DNA of 58,330 nucleotides. Source: an uncultured delta proteobacterium. Its GTDB lineage: Bacteria > Desulfobacterota > Binatia > UBA9968. Location: NCBI GenBank assembly GCA_963755715.1, contig CAVWLW010000058.1, positions 1 to 58,330 on the forward strand, in the 5' to 3' direction. Shown piece after piece: positions 1 through 9,845 of the stretch (its first letter is position 1; every line of letters starts with the position of its first letter). The position numbers and the translations under genes were made by a program. Below the pieces are notes generated by a model. That model saw only the letters and a list, made by a program, of their open reading frames with translations. It was not told where the DNA came from and made no database searches.

Positions 1-1
1 C

Positions 2-178
2 GCGCTCGAGCGCTTCGGCCGCCTGGATGTGCTGGTGAATAATGCCGGCACCTTCTACAACAAGCCGTTCACCGACTACAGCAGACGTTGCTCGGCTGAT
101 CGAACAGGCGGCGAGATAAATGTGCGGCAAGCAAATGCTCGCTTGGCACTCGCAGTAAGCGCTTTGAACAACGGCTGA
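2..178 (+). pseudogene. SDR oxidoreductase fragment (cut by the window edge; homology lost after KPFTDY)
   Basis: Frame 2 reads ALERFGRLDVLVNNAGTFYNKPFTDY, parallel to VNNAGIFFTKPFTDY in the SDR at 3899. It then runs into unrelated sequence and stops at 176-178, before any YxxxK motif. Confidence 0.7.
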
Positions 179-200
179 AAAAATTCATCGGAGACAAAAT

Positions 201-1050
201 ATGAAAACCGAAACTCAGATGGCAACCGCACAAAGCAAATACATCTTACGCGGCGCTCACCCCACTATTGGCGAGTAACGCTTGATCATCCGCCGCTCAA
301 CATCTTTGGTCCGGAAACGATTCCGCAACTCAACGAAGTCATCACAGCGATTGAAACTGACGAGCACGTCAAAGTGGTCGTCTTTGACAGCGCGGTCGAA
401 GGATTCTTTCTGACTCATTACGACTTCCTTGCGACCTGAGGATACAACCCGACTACCGCCGGGGCCGACGGGGTTGCAGCCTCTACCCGACATGCTGGTG
501 CGGCTGAGTCGTGCTCCGGTGGTGTCGATCGCTTCAATTCGGGGGCGCGCCACCGGTGTCGGAAGTGAGCTTGCCCTGGCCTGCGACATGCGTTTCGCCA
601 GCCGTGAAAAAGCGATCTTGTCGCACTTTGAAGTCGGGGCTGGGATAGTGCCTGGAGGTGGCCCAATGGCACGGCTACCGCGTCTGATGGGACGAGGCCG
701 CGCACTCGAAGTGCTTCTCGGTGCCGACGACATCCCGGGCGATCTGGCCGAACGATACGGATACGTCAACCGCTCATTGCCGGATGCTGACCTTGATGCG
801 TTTGTCGAGTCTCTCGCAACCCGCATCGCATCGTTCGACAAGCGCGCGATCAGCGAAACCAAGCGCTTCGTCGACGTGGCCAGTTTGCCGCCTGACTACG
901 AAATCGCACCGGAGTGGGATGTGTGTCTCGCCTCGATCATGCGGCCGGCCGCGCAAGAGAGGATCAAGAAGTTGATGGAGCAGAGGATTTCACAAGCCGG
1001 GTGATGTGGAAAACCGCTTGGGATACCACGTCGGCCAACTCGGACGTTAA
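201..1050 (+). CDS. Enoyl-CoA hydratase/isomerase family protein (three apparent frameshifts, near 235, 433 and 985)
   Basis: GGAG RBS and ATG at 201. The pieces join as YWRVTLDHPPLNIFGP...VVVFDS...GRATGVGSELALACDMRFA...GFHKPGDVENRLG*, which are crotonase motifs. Confidence 0.8.
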
Positions 1051-1074
1051 GCGTCGGAAGAAAGGAGAATACCG

Positions 1075-2058
1075 ATGTCACATCATGCCTCAGGTCCCAA
1101 CTTTGGATTTCCGCGCGGAGATGCCCGGTTGGATATGACCGATCTCTATGTCTTCACCAAGCCAGGAGACCCTGCTAAGTCAATAATCGTCCTCAATGTG
1201 CATCCATCTTTCGCCTTGGCCTCGCCGGAGCCGACAACGAGCGAGCCGTTCAAACCGGGAGCGTTGTACGAATTCAAGATCGACACTAACGGTGATGCCG
1301 TTGCCGATATTTGTTACAGCGTGCAGTTCGCATCTTCCGAAGATGGGAAGCAGACTGCGACAGTTCGTCGTACTCAGGGCGCGCGAGCCGTTGGAGTGTG
1401 CGACGACGGCGAAGTAATGGTCGAGAACGCGCCGGTCTCAGTCGAGCGCGAAGCTCTGGTAACGAACGCCGGCGACTACCGTTTTTTCTTCGGTTGGCGC
1501 AGCGATTCTTTCTTTTTCGACGTAAACGGCAATTTCAACCACATGCAGTTCACAGGGGACGACTTCTTCAAGGACAAAAATGTTTGCAGCATCGTGATTG
1601 AATTGCCCAACTCGGCTTTGGGAACCAGTGCGGTAGGAATTTGGGCTCGCACAGTAGACAAGACTGCAGACGGCTGGGTCCAAGCAGACCGCGGTGGAAG
1701 ACCATTGCAGGCGGTCTTCCTCGTTGGAGAACAGAGAGAGGCATACCTCAGCGGGGAGCCAGCGAATGATGATCGCTTCATCGGCGTCTTCGCACACGAA
1801 CTGGAACACACAGGCGGATATTCGCCGGAGGACGCAGCAAGCGTCGCGAGAAAGTTGCTGCCAGACATTCTCTCCTATGATTTTCGCCGCCCGGTATCCT
1901 TTCCGCACAATGGCCGGACGCTGGCCGACGATGTTGTCGACGTTTTCTTTTCTATCTACACGAACCGAAACGTGACAGATAAGGTTGGGCCGCACCGCGA
2001 TCTGCTAGACGAGTTCCCGTACCTGGGGCCGCCGCACAAAGTTTGGTCCGTCTTGTAA
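1075..2058 (+). CDS. DUF4331 family protein
   Basis: 327-aa ORF with AAGGAG RBS. It has the MSHH start, DxTDLYVF, GWRSDSFFFD, NGRTLADDVVD and FPYLGPPH motifs typical of the family. Confidence 0.8.
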   Translation: MSHHASGPNFGFPRGDARLDMTDLYVFTKPGDPAKSIIVLNVHPSFALASPEPTTSEPFKPGALYEFKIDTNGDAVADICYSVQFASSEDGKQTATVRRTQGARAVGVCDDGEVMVENAPVSVEREALVTNAGDYRFFFGWRSDSFFFDVNGNFNHMQFTGDDFFKDKNVCSIVIELPNSALGTSAVGIWARTVDKTADGWVQADRGGRPLQAVFLVGEQREAYLSGEPANDDRFIGVFAHELEHTGGYSPEDAASVARKLLPDILSYDFRRPVSFPHNGRTLADDVVDVFFSIYTNRNVTDKVGPHRDLLDEFPYLGPPHKVWSVL

Positions 2059-2074
2059 CGGAGCAACATAAATT

Positions 2075-2602
2075 ATGGAAACACCTCTAACTACTCAACA
2101 AACGAAGGTTCCCGAACCGAAGCCTTCTGCGGAGATGGCGACTCGTCCTCCACTACCTCCCTTTACTCGTGAGACTGCCATTCAGAAGGTTCGGTTGGCA
2201 GAAGACGGCTGGAATTCTCGTGATCCAGAAAAGGTTGCACTTGCTTACACAATCGACTCGCGTTGGAGAAATCGCGCGGAGTTTCCCAACGGGCGGCAGG
2301 AGATCATCCGTTTTCTGAAACGAAAGTGGGCAAAAGAGCTGGACTACCGGCTGATCAAAGAGCTTTGGGCTTACGACGGAAATCGCATTGCGGTGCGGTT
2401 CGCCTATGAATGGCGCGATGATTCGTGGAATTGGTTCCGCTCATACGGCAATGAGAATTGGGAGTTTGATGAGCATGGCTTGATGCGGTTGAGGTATGCC
2501 TCGATTAACGATCTTCCCATCAAGGAGTCGGAGAGAAAATATCACTGGCCGGTCGGGCGGCGGCCGGATGAGCACCCGGGATTGAGTGATCTCGGTTTGT
2601 AG
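2075..2602 (+). CDS. DUF1348 / NTF2-like (SnoaL-fold) protein
   Basis: [28 protein letters not shown]...[13 protein letters not shown]...HPGLSDLGL signature. Confidence 0.9.
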   Translation: METPLTTQQTKVPEPKPSAEMATRPPLPPFTRETAIQKVRLAEDGWNSRDPEKVALAYTIDSRWRNRAEFPNGRQEIIRFLKRKWAKELDYRLIKELWAYDGNRIAVRFAYEWRDDSWNWFRSYGNENWEFDEHGLMRLRYASINDLPIKESERKYHWPVGRRPDEHPGLSDLGL

Positions 2603-2631
2603 AGGGGTTGCGATACCGATGAAAGACAATC

Positions 2632-2724
2632 ATGTATCTCATCACATCCGATATCGAAGCCACTCGCGCTGAGCTCATGAATCGCGGGGTCGATGTGAGC
2701 AAGCCGTTCCACTCCAGGAAGTGA
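2632..2724 (+). pseudogene. VOC/glyoxalase family remnant
   Basis: MYLITSDIEATRAELMNRGVDVSKPFH resembles the internal 'L.VSDIEAARAEL..RGV.VS..FH' segment of glyoxalase-family proteins. Only 30 codons remain. Confidence 0.5.
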
Positions 2725-2839
2725 AGCAGCGTGCTCCAGGACGGTGACGGCATTGACGACCAGATTACCACGTTAGTTGAGTGAGGTGACGGGCACAACG
2801 TGTGTCCAATCCAGACCAAGTTTCAGTATAGGAGGCGCG

Positions 2840-3847
2840 ATGAATTATAAAGCATGGGTTACAAAGGCGGCGAAACAGCCGATGGTGCTCGAAACCGTTG
2901 ATCTCGGGCCGCTCGGAGCCGAGGAAGTTGAAGTCGCTGTAGAACACAGCGGTTTGTGTCACTCCGATCTCTCCGTCTTCAACAATGAGTGGGGTATTTC
3001 GCAGTACCCTGCGATTCTCGGCCACGAGGTCGTCGGTCGGATCACGGCCGTAGGTCCGAATGCCAAGGGAGTCAAGGTTGGGCAGCGCGTCGGCGTCGGC
3101 TGGTACGCGGGTAGCTGTATGCACTGTCACCAGTGCATGTCGGGAAGCCACCACCTTTGCCCGCAGGTGCAAGCGACGATCGTCGGTCATCGCGGCGGGT
3201 TCGCGACCCACATCCGCTCGCACTGGGCTTGGACGATCCCGCTGCCGGAAAAGCTGAACTTCGCTGAAGCCGGGCCGCTCCTGTGCGGGGGCATCACCGT
3301 CTTCGCGCCGCTGGCCATGTACGCCAAGCCGATCGACCGGGTCGGCATCATCGGCATCGGCGGGCTCGGGCACATGGCCGTGAAGTTCGCCGCCGCCTAC
3401 GGCTGCGACGTGACGGCGTTCACGTCGAGTGACAGCAAGTTCGATGAGGCGAAGGGTTTCGGGGCGAACCACGTCGTCTCGAGCAAAGACTCGGCGGCGA
3501 TCGGGAAGCTCGCTGGCAGCTTCGACCTTCTGATCAGCACCGTCAACGTGCAGCTCGATTGGGATGCGCTGATCGGCACGCTCGCGCCGAACGGCCGGCT
3601 GCATGTCGTCGGTGCCGTGCTGGAACCGATCCCGGTCGCGGCATTCCCGCTCATTCTGCAGCAGCGTAGCGTGTCGGGTTCGCCGACCGGCTCGCCGGTG
3701 GCGATCGCGACGATGCTCGACTTTGCTGCACGGCACAATGTCGCGCCGCAGACCGAGCACTTCCCGATGAGCAAGATTAACGAGGCCTTGGCCCGACTCG
3801 AATCAGGCAAGGCGCGTTACCGCATCGTGCTGGATGCGGATTTCTGA
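2840..3847 (+). CDS. ahr: NADPH-dependent Zn aldehyde reductase / alcohol dehydrogenase (Ahr/YjgB-like)
   Basis: GGAGG RBS before ATG 2840. Motifs: CHSDLS..NEWG.SQYP..GHE, the structural-Zn C-x2-C-x2-C-x7-C, GIGGLG, and the C-terminal GKARYRIVL. Confidence 0.85.
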   Translation: MNYKAWVTKAAKQPMVLETVDLGPLGAEEVEVAVEHSGLCHSDLSVFNNEWGISQYPAILGHEVVGRITAVGPNAKGVKVGQRVGVGWYAGSCMHCHQCMSGSHHLCPQVQATIVGHRGGFATHIRSHWAWTIPLPEKLNFAEAGPLLCGGITVFAPLAMYAKPIDRVGIIGIGGLGHMAVKFAAAYGCDVTAFTSSDSKFDEAKGFGANHVVSSKDSAAIGKLAGSFDLLISTVNVQLDWDALIGTLAPNGRLHVVGAVLEPIPVAAFPLILQQRSVSGSPTGSPVAIATMLDFAARHNVAPQTEHFPMSKINEALARLESGKARYRIVLDADF

Positions 3848-3898
3848 TCCTGAACAGCGAAATTTTCTCAGGACAAGACATTTTCGAGGTAAACAACC

Positions 3899-4627
3899 AT
3901 GAGCGACCCACGGAGGACAGCCATCGTGACCGGAGCTTCGCAGGGGATCGGCGCGGGAATCGTGAAAGGGTTTGTCGAACGGGGTTTCAACGTCGTTGCC
4001 AATTCCCGGAAGGTGACCCAATCCACCGAGGTCGCGGCTTCCAACCAGGTCGCTCTGGTGGACGGCCACATCGGCGAGCCGGCAACTGCCGCCAAGATCG
4101 TCGAGACGGCGCTGTCTCGCTTCAAGTCGATCGACGCACTGGTCAATAACGCCGGCATCTTCTTCACCAAGCCGTTCACGGACTACACGGCCGAGGACTT
4201 CAAGTCGCTCGTCTCGACGAACCTCGAGGGCTTCCTGTACATCACCCAACTCTCCATCAAGCAAATGTTAGCGCAGAAGACTGGCGGGAGCATCGTCACG
4301 ATCACGGCAGCCCTTGCTCGCAACCCGATCCGGGGCGTCACGGCGGCGGTGCCGATGATTACCAAAGGCGGTCTTGAGACGATCACCCAGCACCTCGCGA
4401 TGGAGTATGCGAGAGACGGCATCCGCGTGAACGCCGTTGCGCCGGGCACCGTCTATACGCCGCTTCACCGGGACACTCCGAAGGACGTGATGGAGAGCCT
4501 GTCGCCGATGGGTCGGCCTTCGACGGTCAAGGACATCACGGATGCGGTCATGTACCTGACCGACGCCGCGACGGTCACTGGTGACATCCTGTACGTCGAT
4601 GGCGGCGCTCATTTCGGCCGCTGGTAA
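3899..4627 (+). CDS. SDR family NAD(P)-dependent oxidoreductase (atypical, no catalytic Tyr)
   Basis: TGASQGIG, VNNAG, IRVNAVAPG and VDGG are present. The YxxxK position reads PMITK. Confidence 0.9.
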   Translation: MSDPRRTAIVTGASQGIGAGIVKGFVERGFNVVANSRKVTQSTEVAASNQVALVDGHIGEPATAAKIVETALSRFKSIDALVNNAGIFFTKPFTDYTAEDFKSLVSTNLEGFLYITQLSIKQMLAQKTGGSIVTITAALARNPIRGVTAAVPMITKGGLETITQHLAMEYARDGIRVNAVAPGTVYTPLHRDTPKDVMESLSPMGRPSTVKDITDAVMYLTDAATVTGDILYVDGGAHFGRW

Positions 4628-4843
4628 TTGAAAGGGTCGGAGAAGGGGGTCGTGCTTTCTAATCTAGCGTTTCTGTCGAATTGCCAGGATTTCAAGAAAT
4701 AAACTGAGTAGCAAATCTAAACAGTTTTCCGTCTACGACGAGGCCGTCCAATCCCACAACTCTAAAAAAGTGTCTGGAATAGAAAAGCATGGCCTCAAAA
4801 CCGACCCTCGGGTGTTAATATTGTGAGTTTCTCACCGCAGCAG

Positions 4844-4877
4844 AGTCGATATTTCGACACTTGCCGATAAATAGTCA
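4844..4877. promoter_or_regulatory. Tandem 16-bp imperfect palindromes, putative sigma54 activator binding site (UAS)
   Basis: AGTCGATATTTCGACA-ct-TGCCGATAAATAGTCA. The same architecture recurs at 6086-6119. Confidence 0.55.
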
Positions 4878-4961
4878 CGTCTCCTTCGTAGCATCTTTCC
4901 TCCCAAATCCTAAAGTCCCGATTTCGTAAGGCACGGATATTTTTAAGCCTTCCATCGAGTT

Positions 4962-4977
4962 TGGTACGCAGCTTGCT
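4962..4977 (+). promoter_or_regulatory. Sigma54 (-24/-12) promoter
   Basis: TGGTACGCAGCTTGCT has one mismatch to TGGCACG-N4-TTGCW, with exact GG-N10-GC spacing. Confidence 0.7.
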
Positions 4978-5074
4978 GCCGTGCTGATGCAACCAATCTA
5001 AAAAAAGCTGAGATCATCAGTATTAGCAGTAACCGAAGGGATACCTACTCGGACTGTGGGTGGAGGAGAAAAAC

Positions 5075-5275
5075 ATGCGGCAGCGAAAAGTTATTAAGAC
5101 TACCTTGGGCGATCTTATCGCCGCGGTGACTGACGAGGTCATGCCGATCCTCCGTGATCCGGCTGGCGCATACATGGTGGTGTCATGGGTGCTTAACGAC
5201 GTCTTAACTCGCCAGCGTGTGCGCGATCACAAGCCGTCACGACGAAAATACCAAAGTTTATGGCATGCTAGATAA
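5075..5275 (+). CDS. Small hypothetical protein (MRQRKVIKTTLGDLIAAVTDEV...)
   Basis: GGAGGAG RBS before ATG 5075, 66 aa, directly downstream of the sigma54 promoter. Confidence 0.65.
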   Translation: MRQRKVIKTTLGDLIAAVTDEVMPILRDPAGAYMVVSWVLNDVLTRQRVRDHKPSRRKYQSLWHAR

Positions 5276-5335
5276 AGCGCCGCGATCCTGCCGGCGCGTG
5301 TCGCCGCCACGCCGAGTGTTGGTCAGCGGGACAGT

Positions 5336-6007
5336 ATGCGATCTGACATGAAGCTCGTCTCGGTCAATGTCGGTCTCCCGCGGGTAGTCATGAGCCATGG
5401 CGATCCAGTATCGACGGGGATTTTCAAAGAGCCGGTGGCGGGCCCTGTCATGCTGAGAACCCTCGATCTCGACGGTGACCGGCAGGCTGATCTTTCCGTG
5501 CACGGTGGACCCAGCAAAGCGGCTTACGCCTATCCTTCCGAACATTACGACTACTGGACGGCCGAATTCCCTGAGATGAAACTACCCTCGGGCATGTTCG
5601 GCGAGAACTTCACAACCGCGGGACTTTTTGAAACGGAGTTAAACGTCGGTGACAAATTTCGCGTCGGCTCGCCATGGTGATGGCGACCGAGCCGCGCATG
5701 CCTTGTTATAAGCTCGGCATCCGATTCGGCCGCCCTGACGTCGTCAAAAGAGTCCTGGCGAGCGAGCGCACGGGTTTCTATTTCGCGGTGCTGCAAGAGG
5801 AGGAGGTCGGGGTGGGTGATCCGATTCGAACTCATCGAAAAAAGCAAAGACAGTTTAAGACTCAGCGATGTCACCGCACTTTATACCCACGAGAAGCACA
5901 ACATCGGATTGCTTCGCCGCGCCATTGAAGTGGCGACACTTCCCGAAAGCTGGAAGAGCTATTTCCGGCATCGACTTGCGAAGCTAACGGAGTCCTCACA
6001 GCATTGA
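5336..6007 (+). CDS. yiiM: MOSC domain protein with 3-alpha domain (YiiM-like; frameshifts near 5675 and 5825)
   Basis: GDRQADLSVHGGPSKA, FGENFT, TEPRMPCYKL and RTGFYF motifs. It is collinear with the intact paralog at 24304. Confidence 0.85.
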
Positions 6008-6085
6008 CGCATGCATGCCAACCCAAGGCTCGGTTATCTTAAGCGCTCTGCTGATTTAGCCGATGTGCCGAAGAGATTGGTCTTT

Positions 6086-6119
6086 TGCCCACAATTCAGC
6101 AAATGCTGAAATTTCGGCA
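6086..6119. promoter_or_regulatory. Tandem 16-bp imperfect palindromes, putative sigma54 activator binding site (UAS)
   Basis: TGCCCACAATTCAGCA-aa-TGCTGAAATTTCGGCA. The second unit is one base from the perfect palindrome TGCCGAAATTTCGGCA. Confidence 0.55.
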
Positions 6120-6161
6120 GTCTCTTCGATGCTCAGCGTAAACATTTCAGAAAGTTACGTT

Positions 6162-6177
6162 TGGTCTCTTCATTGCA
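6162..6177 (+). promoter_or_regulatory. Sigma54 (-24/-12) promoter
   Basis: TGGTCTCTTCATTGCA has GG-N10-GC spacing with TTGCA, 35 bp upstream of ATG 6212. Confidence 0.55.
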
Positions 6178-6211
6178 GTTCCTTTTGCCGTCCACGTCGC
6201 AGAAGTCGCAA

Positions 6212-6478
6212 ATGACATTGAAGATTGAAACAGATTCCGATGGGCAAAAGAAAATCATTCGCCTGAGCGGTCGACTGCGATCGGAGCATCTCGATGAATT
6301 GAAGACGCAAATGGACGGTGATCAGTCGCGGATTGCGGTGGACCTTGACGGAGTGACGCTTGTGGATGTCGAGGCCGTTCGATTTCTGAATACCTGCGAG
6401 AAAAGCGGTACCGAGCTGCTCCATTGCTGGCCCTACATACGTGAGTGGATCATCCGTGAAAGGGATAGAGAAGCATAA
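6212..6478 (+). CDS. Small STAS-domain-like protein
   Basis: MTLKIE...IIRLSGRL...VDLDGVTLVDVEAVRFL...PYIREWI follows the STAS / anti-anti-sigma pattern. Confidence 0.75.
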   Translation: MTLKIETDSDGQKKIIRLSGRLRSEHLDELKTQMDGDQSRIAVDLDGVTLVDVEAVRFLNTCEKSGTELLHCWPYIREWIIRERDREA

Positions 6479-6547
6479 GGTCTAGCTGACAAGATGACGG
6501 CGCGTGCCTGACAACTTTCGATAAATGACAGCAGTTCCATGTGGTTT

Positions 6548-6620
6548 GTTCAAAGTTCGATGTTCAAAGTTCAAGATTAATGGTAGATCGATTTCGGTCG
6601 TTAAACGTTGAACATTGAGG
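6548..6620. repeat. Heptamer tandem repeat (GTTCAAA-type x4) with a degenerate inverted set
   Basis: GTTCAAA GTTCGAT GTTCAAA GTTCAAG at 6548-6575, and gTTAAAC gTTGAAC aTTGAGG at 6600-6620. Confidence 0.55.
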
Positions 6621-6679
6621 CTGGTCGAACCCCGAAACCATCCGGTGATTCTAAGAAACCGCAAACAGGAGATAAATTT

Positions 6680-7301
6680 ATGACATCAAATCACATTTTC
6701 GTTTTGATCTGTTTTTCAGTGTCGCTGTTCATCTCGGGTTGCTCCAGCGTTGGAGGCGATGTTGCAGCCGGTCGCAATGCACTACAAACCGGTCGCCCCA
6801 ACGATGCAGTCGGTTACTTGACGCGGGCCGCCGCCGCCGATCCCAATTACAAGCTTCCCTACCGGGTTCACGTGAGCGTATTGACGTACCTGGGGCGGGC
6901 CTATCTCGAAACTGGCCAAGACACACAAGCTCGGCAAACTTTGGAAAAAGCGGTCAAACTCGATAAGGACGATCCGTTAGCGCCTCTGTACCTTGGGATC
7001 GTGTTGTTAAAGACCGGCGAGCGCGAGCGCGGTCGGAAAGAAATCGAAGAGGGGCTGAGAGCGATCGATGACACGATCGAGTTCTTCGTGCAGGAGGATA
7101 GCTTCTAGGCTTTTTTGGGATCCCAATATGCAAATTCGCAATGACATTCGAAAATCATTAGCCGCCAAACTGGACGACGCGCAGCTTGCCATGGCGGCCG
7201 AGCGCATCGGAAGTCAGTTCGACGAGGAAATCGACGAAGCGCGCCGCGACGAATCACGAAGACGTGGCGGCGGCGGTGACGGTGGCGGGGGCGGGAATTG
7301 A
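6680..7301 (+). CDS. Tetratricopeptide-repeat lipoprotein (frameshift near 7100)
   Basis: AGGAG RBS, signal peptide with lipobox ISGC, and TPR helices (YLGRAYLETG...A...LEKAVKLD...LYLG). It continues in another frame as FWDPNMQIRNDI... to a Gly-rich tail. Confidence 0.7.
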
Positions 7302-7377
7302 TCGCGGGAGGTGCGTCGTGACCTAATCCACAAAGAGTTTCCGACATAGGGAAAAGAATGAAAGGGATGCGCTTGTC

Positions 7378-7752
7378 CGATTATCAGGCGCTACGCTTTG
7401 AAGAACCTATCCCGAAAATGGACGTCGTATTCGATACTGTCGGCGGTGAAACTTTGCAGCGATCCTGGGCGTACTCAAACCTGGCGGAAGGATGATCACG
7501 ATCGCCGCGGACAGCGAGGCAACTACCGACGACCGAGTGAAGCAAGCGTTTTTCATCGTCGAGCCGAATCGTGAACAGTTGAGTCGGATTGGACACATGC
7601 TCGATGTGGGCGATCTCCGGATGGTCGTGGATGCGGTGCTGCCGCTCACTCAAGCGACCGTGGCTTACACGGGCGGAGCAGTGCAAAGGCGCGGCCGCGG
7701 CAAGGTCGTCGTTGCTGTCGCAGCGCAGGGAGGTGCTATCGGAAAAAATTAA
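7378..7752 (+). pseudogene. C-terminal fragment of an NADP-dependent quinone-reductase-like (MDR) oxidoreductase
   Basis: DYQALRFEE...DVVFDTVGGETLQRSW / LKPGGRMITI...FIVEPNREQL...GRGKVVV. The N-terminal ~200 aa are absent. Confidence 0.7.
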
Positions 7753-7879
7753 TTTGTCCTTTGTACGATCGCCATCGATGAGACCGAGTGGCGGATGTGG
7801 TTTTTGGCGGAAATAGTGTAGGACGTTTAGCGAAGAATTGAAAATCAAAACTAACTAATTTCAACAGGAGGAAAAAATC

Positions 7880-8163
7880 ATGGTGGCATCCTGTTAATCA
7901 TTGGCGCGCTGACTCCATTGGCTGCCCTCGGCATTGCAGGAACCATGATCACGGCGACGATTTTTTTGATTAGCCGCGGCGAGCCATTCATCAATCCCGC
8001 CGGGCACAGTTGGGAAAATTCGGCTTTCTATCTGGCCACCGGTATCTGCCTGGCTTTGAGCGGAGCCGGCTCTTGGTCGTTGGATGCCTGGTTCTTCGGT
8101 CCTCGGCACAACATTGCGGCACGCGACGTTAATCGAGCCGCACGGAGCGCGTTTGGCAGATAA
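7880..8163 (+). pseudogene. DoxX family membrane protein, N-terminal half deleted
   Basis: A strong AGGAGG RBS and ATG join out of frame to GGILLIIGALTPLAALGIAGTM...WE...GAGSWSLD, the DoxX C-terminal half. Confidence 0.65.
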
Positions 8164-8201
8164 GGCTAGTAGGCGAGACGGCTAAAAAAATAAAACCCAA
8201 T

Positions 8202-9836
8202 ATGAGTCGCCCTGCACAGACCGACCTTGCACAGTCCAATACTGAGCCGCCACTCGGACAAGAGAGTGTTTCACCGTGGAGCCCGCTTCGGCAGCCGGTA
8301 TTTCGCGCTCTCTGGATCGCTTCGGTGGTATCGAACATCGGAACCTGGATGCAAAATGTAGGCGCAGCGTGGCTGATGACTCTGCTCACACCGTCGCCCA
8401 TGGTGGTTGCGTTGGTACAAGCGGCGACGAGCCTGCCGGTTTTTCTGGTTGCGTTGCCTGCCGGAGCGCTTGCCGACGTCGTCGACCGCCGCCGGCTCCT
8501 CTTGTTAACCCAGGGTTGGATGTTGCTCGCCGCCGCCGCGCTCGGCGTAGCAACGTTGCTCGGCGCTATGACACCCATGATATTGTTAGGCTTGACCTTC
8601 GCGCTTGGTTTGGGTGCGGCCATGAACGGCCCCGCCTGGCAGGCGATAGTTCCCGAATTGGTTCCCCCTGCTGAATTGCAGGAGGCCGTGGCGCTAAACG
8701 GAGCAGGGTTTAACGTTGCCCGTGCCGTCGGCCCCGCGTTGGGCGGTGTCATCGTTGCCGCTGCTGGACCGGGGGCCGTATTCCTGCTCAACGCGGCTTC
8801 TTTTGTTGTTGTTCTCTTCGTAATCTACCGTTGGCAAAGAGAGTCGCGCGTGAGCCGATTGCCGCCCGAGCATGTACTCGGGGCCATCCGGGCAGGGATA
8901 CGGTATGTGCGTCACGCACCACCTTTACAGGTCGTGCTTGTCCGCTCGGGAGCATTCATTCTGTGCGGCGCCGCTCTTTGGGCGCTGCTTCCGCTTGTTG
9001 CTCGAGACCAATTAGGTCTCGGCGCAGTCGGCTACGGTATGTTGCTGGGGTGCTTGGGTATCGGCGCAATTCTCGGATCCGCAATATTACCGAAAATAAA
9101 AGCAAAGCTTTCGCTCGACGCGCTGGTAGCCGCAGCGACCGTGCTGTTCGGCGGCACAACGTTAGTGCTCGCCTATGCGCGCGATGTCTACGTGGTAGGC
9201 GCGGCTTTGGTGGCGGGCGGAGCCGCGTGGATCGCGCTGATGGCGAGCTTTAACGCCGCAGCGCAAAAGACGGCTCCCGCATGGGTAAGAGGCCGTGCGC
9301 TAGCGGTCTACTTGCTGGTTTTTCAGGGCGGCACGGCTGCCGGGAGCATCGTCTGGGGCGCTGTAGCCGCGCGCTTGGGAATTCCAACGACTTTGTTGCT
9401 CGCCGCAGTGGGATTGATTGCCGGACTTACTGTGGCAACGCGATATCGGCTGGCCCGGGGTGAAAAGGTCGATCTAACCCCGTCGTTGCACTGGCCCGAG
9501 CCTCACATTCAGGTTGAGCCTCAACTCGACCACGGACCCGTGCTCGTGGTGATCGATTATCTTATCGAACCCGAACGGTCTCATGCATTCAAAAAGGCCA
9601 TGCGCCAAATGCGGCAGCAGCGGCTTCGCGACGGCGCCATGCGGTGGGGGCTGTTCAATGATCCCGCTAGTCCGACGCGTTACGTCGAAACGTTTCTCGT
9701 CGAATCATGGGCGGAGCATATGCGCCAGCACGAGCGCGTCACAGTCGCAGACCATGAGGCCGAAGAAGTGTCACGGGCGTTTCACATCGGTGACCAACCG
9801 CCGGTCGTCGCTCATTTCATTGCTGCAAACGATTAA
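8202..9836 (+). CDS. MFS transporter (MFS_3/DUF894 type, with C-terminal soluble domain)
   Basis: FRALWIASVVSNIGTWMQNVGAAWLM, GALADVVDRRRLL, about 12 TM segments, and C-terminal RLRDGA..W...ESWAEHMRQHER. Confidence 0.9.
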   Translation: MSRPAQTDLAQSNTEPPLGQESVSPWSPLRQPVFRALWIASVVSNIGTWMQNVGAAWLMTLLTPSPMVVALVQAATSLPVFLVALPAGALADVVDRRRLLLLTQGWMLLAAAALGVATLLGAMTPMILLGLTFALGLGAAMNGPAWQAIVPELVPPAELQEAVALNGAGFNVARAVGPALGGVIVAAAGPGAVFLLNAASFVVVLFVIYRWQRESRVSRLPPEHVLGAIRAGIRYVRHAPPLQVVLVRSGAFILCGAALWALLPLVARDQLGLGAVGYGMLLGCLGIGAILGSAILPKIKAKLSLDALVAAATVLFGGTTLVLAYARDVYVVGAALVAGGAAWIALMASFNAAAQKTAPAWVRGRALAVYLLVFQGGTAAGSIVWGAVAARLGIPTTLLLAAVGLIAGLTVATRYRLARGEKVDLTPSLHWPEPHIQVEPQLDHGPVLVVIDYLIEPERSHAFKKAMRQMRQQRLRDGAMRWGLFNDPASPTRYVETFLVESWAEHMRQHERVTVADHEAEEVSRAFHIGDQPPVVAHFIAAND

Positions 9837-9845
9837 GGAGGCAAG

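Noticed and set aside
4645-4796. Degenerate inverted repeat (GGGGTCGTGCTTTCTAATCTAG versus reverse complement GAGGCCATGCTTTTCTATTCCAG), possible MITE ends
   Set aside because: Several mismatches and a gap, no clear target duplication and no second copy in the window.
7266-7296. GGC-rich low-complexity run
   Set aside because: It encodes the Gly-rich tail of the TPR lipoprotein.
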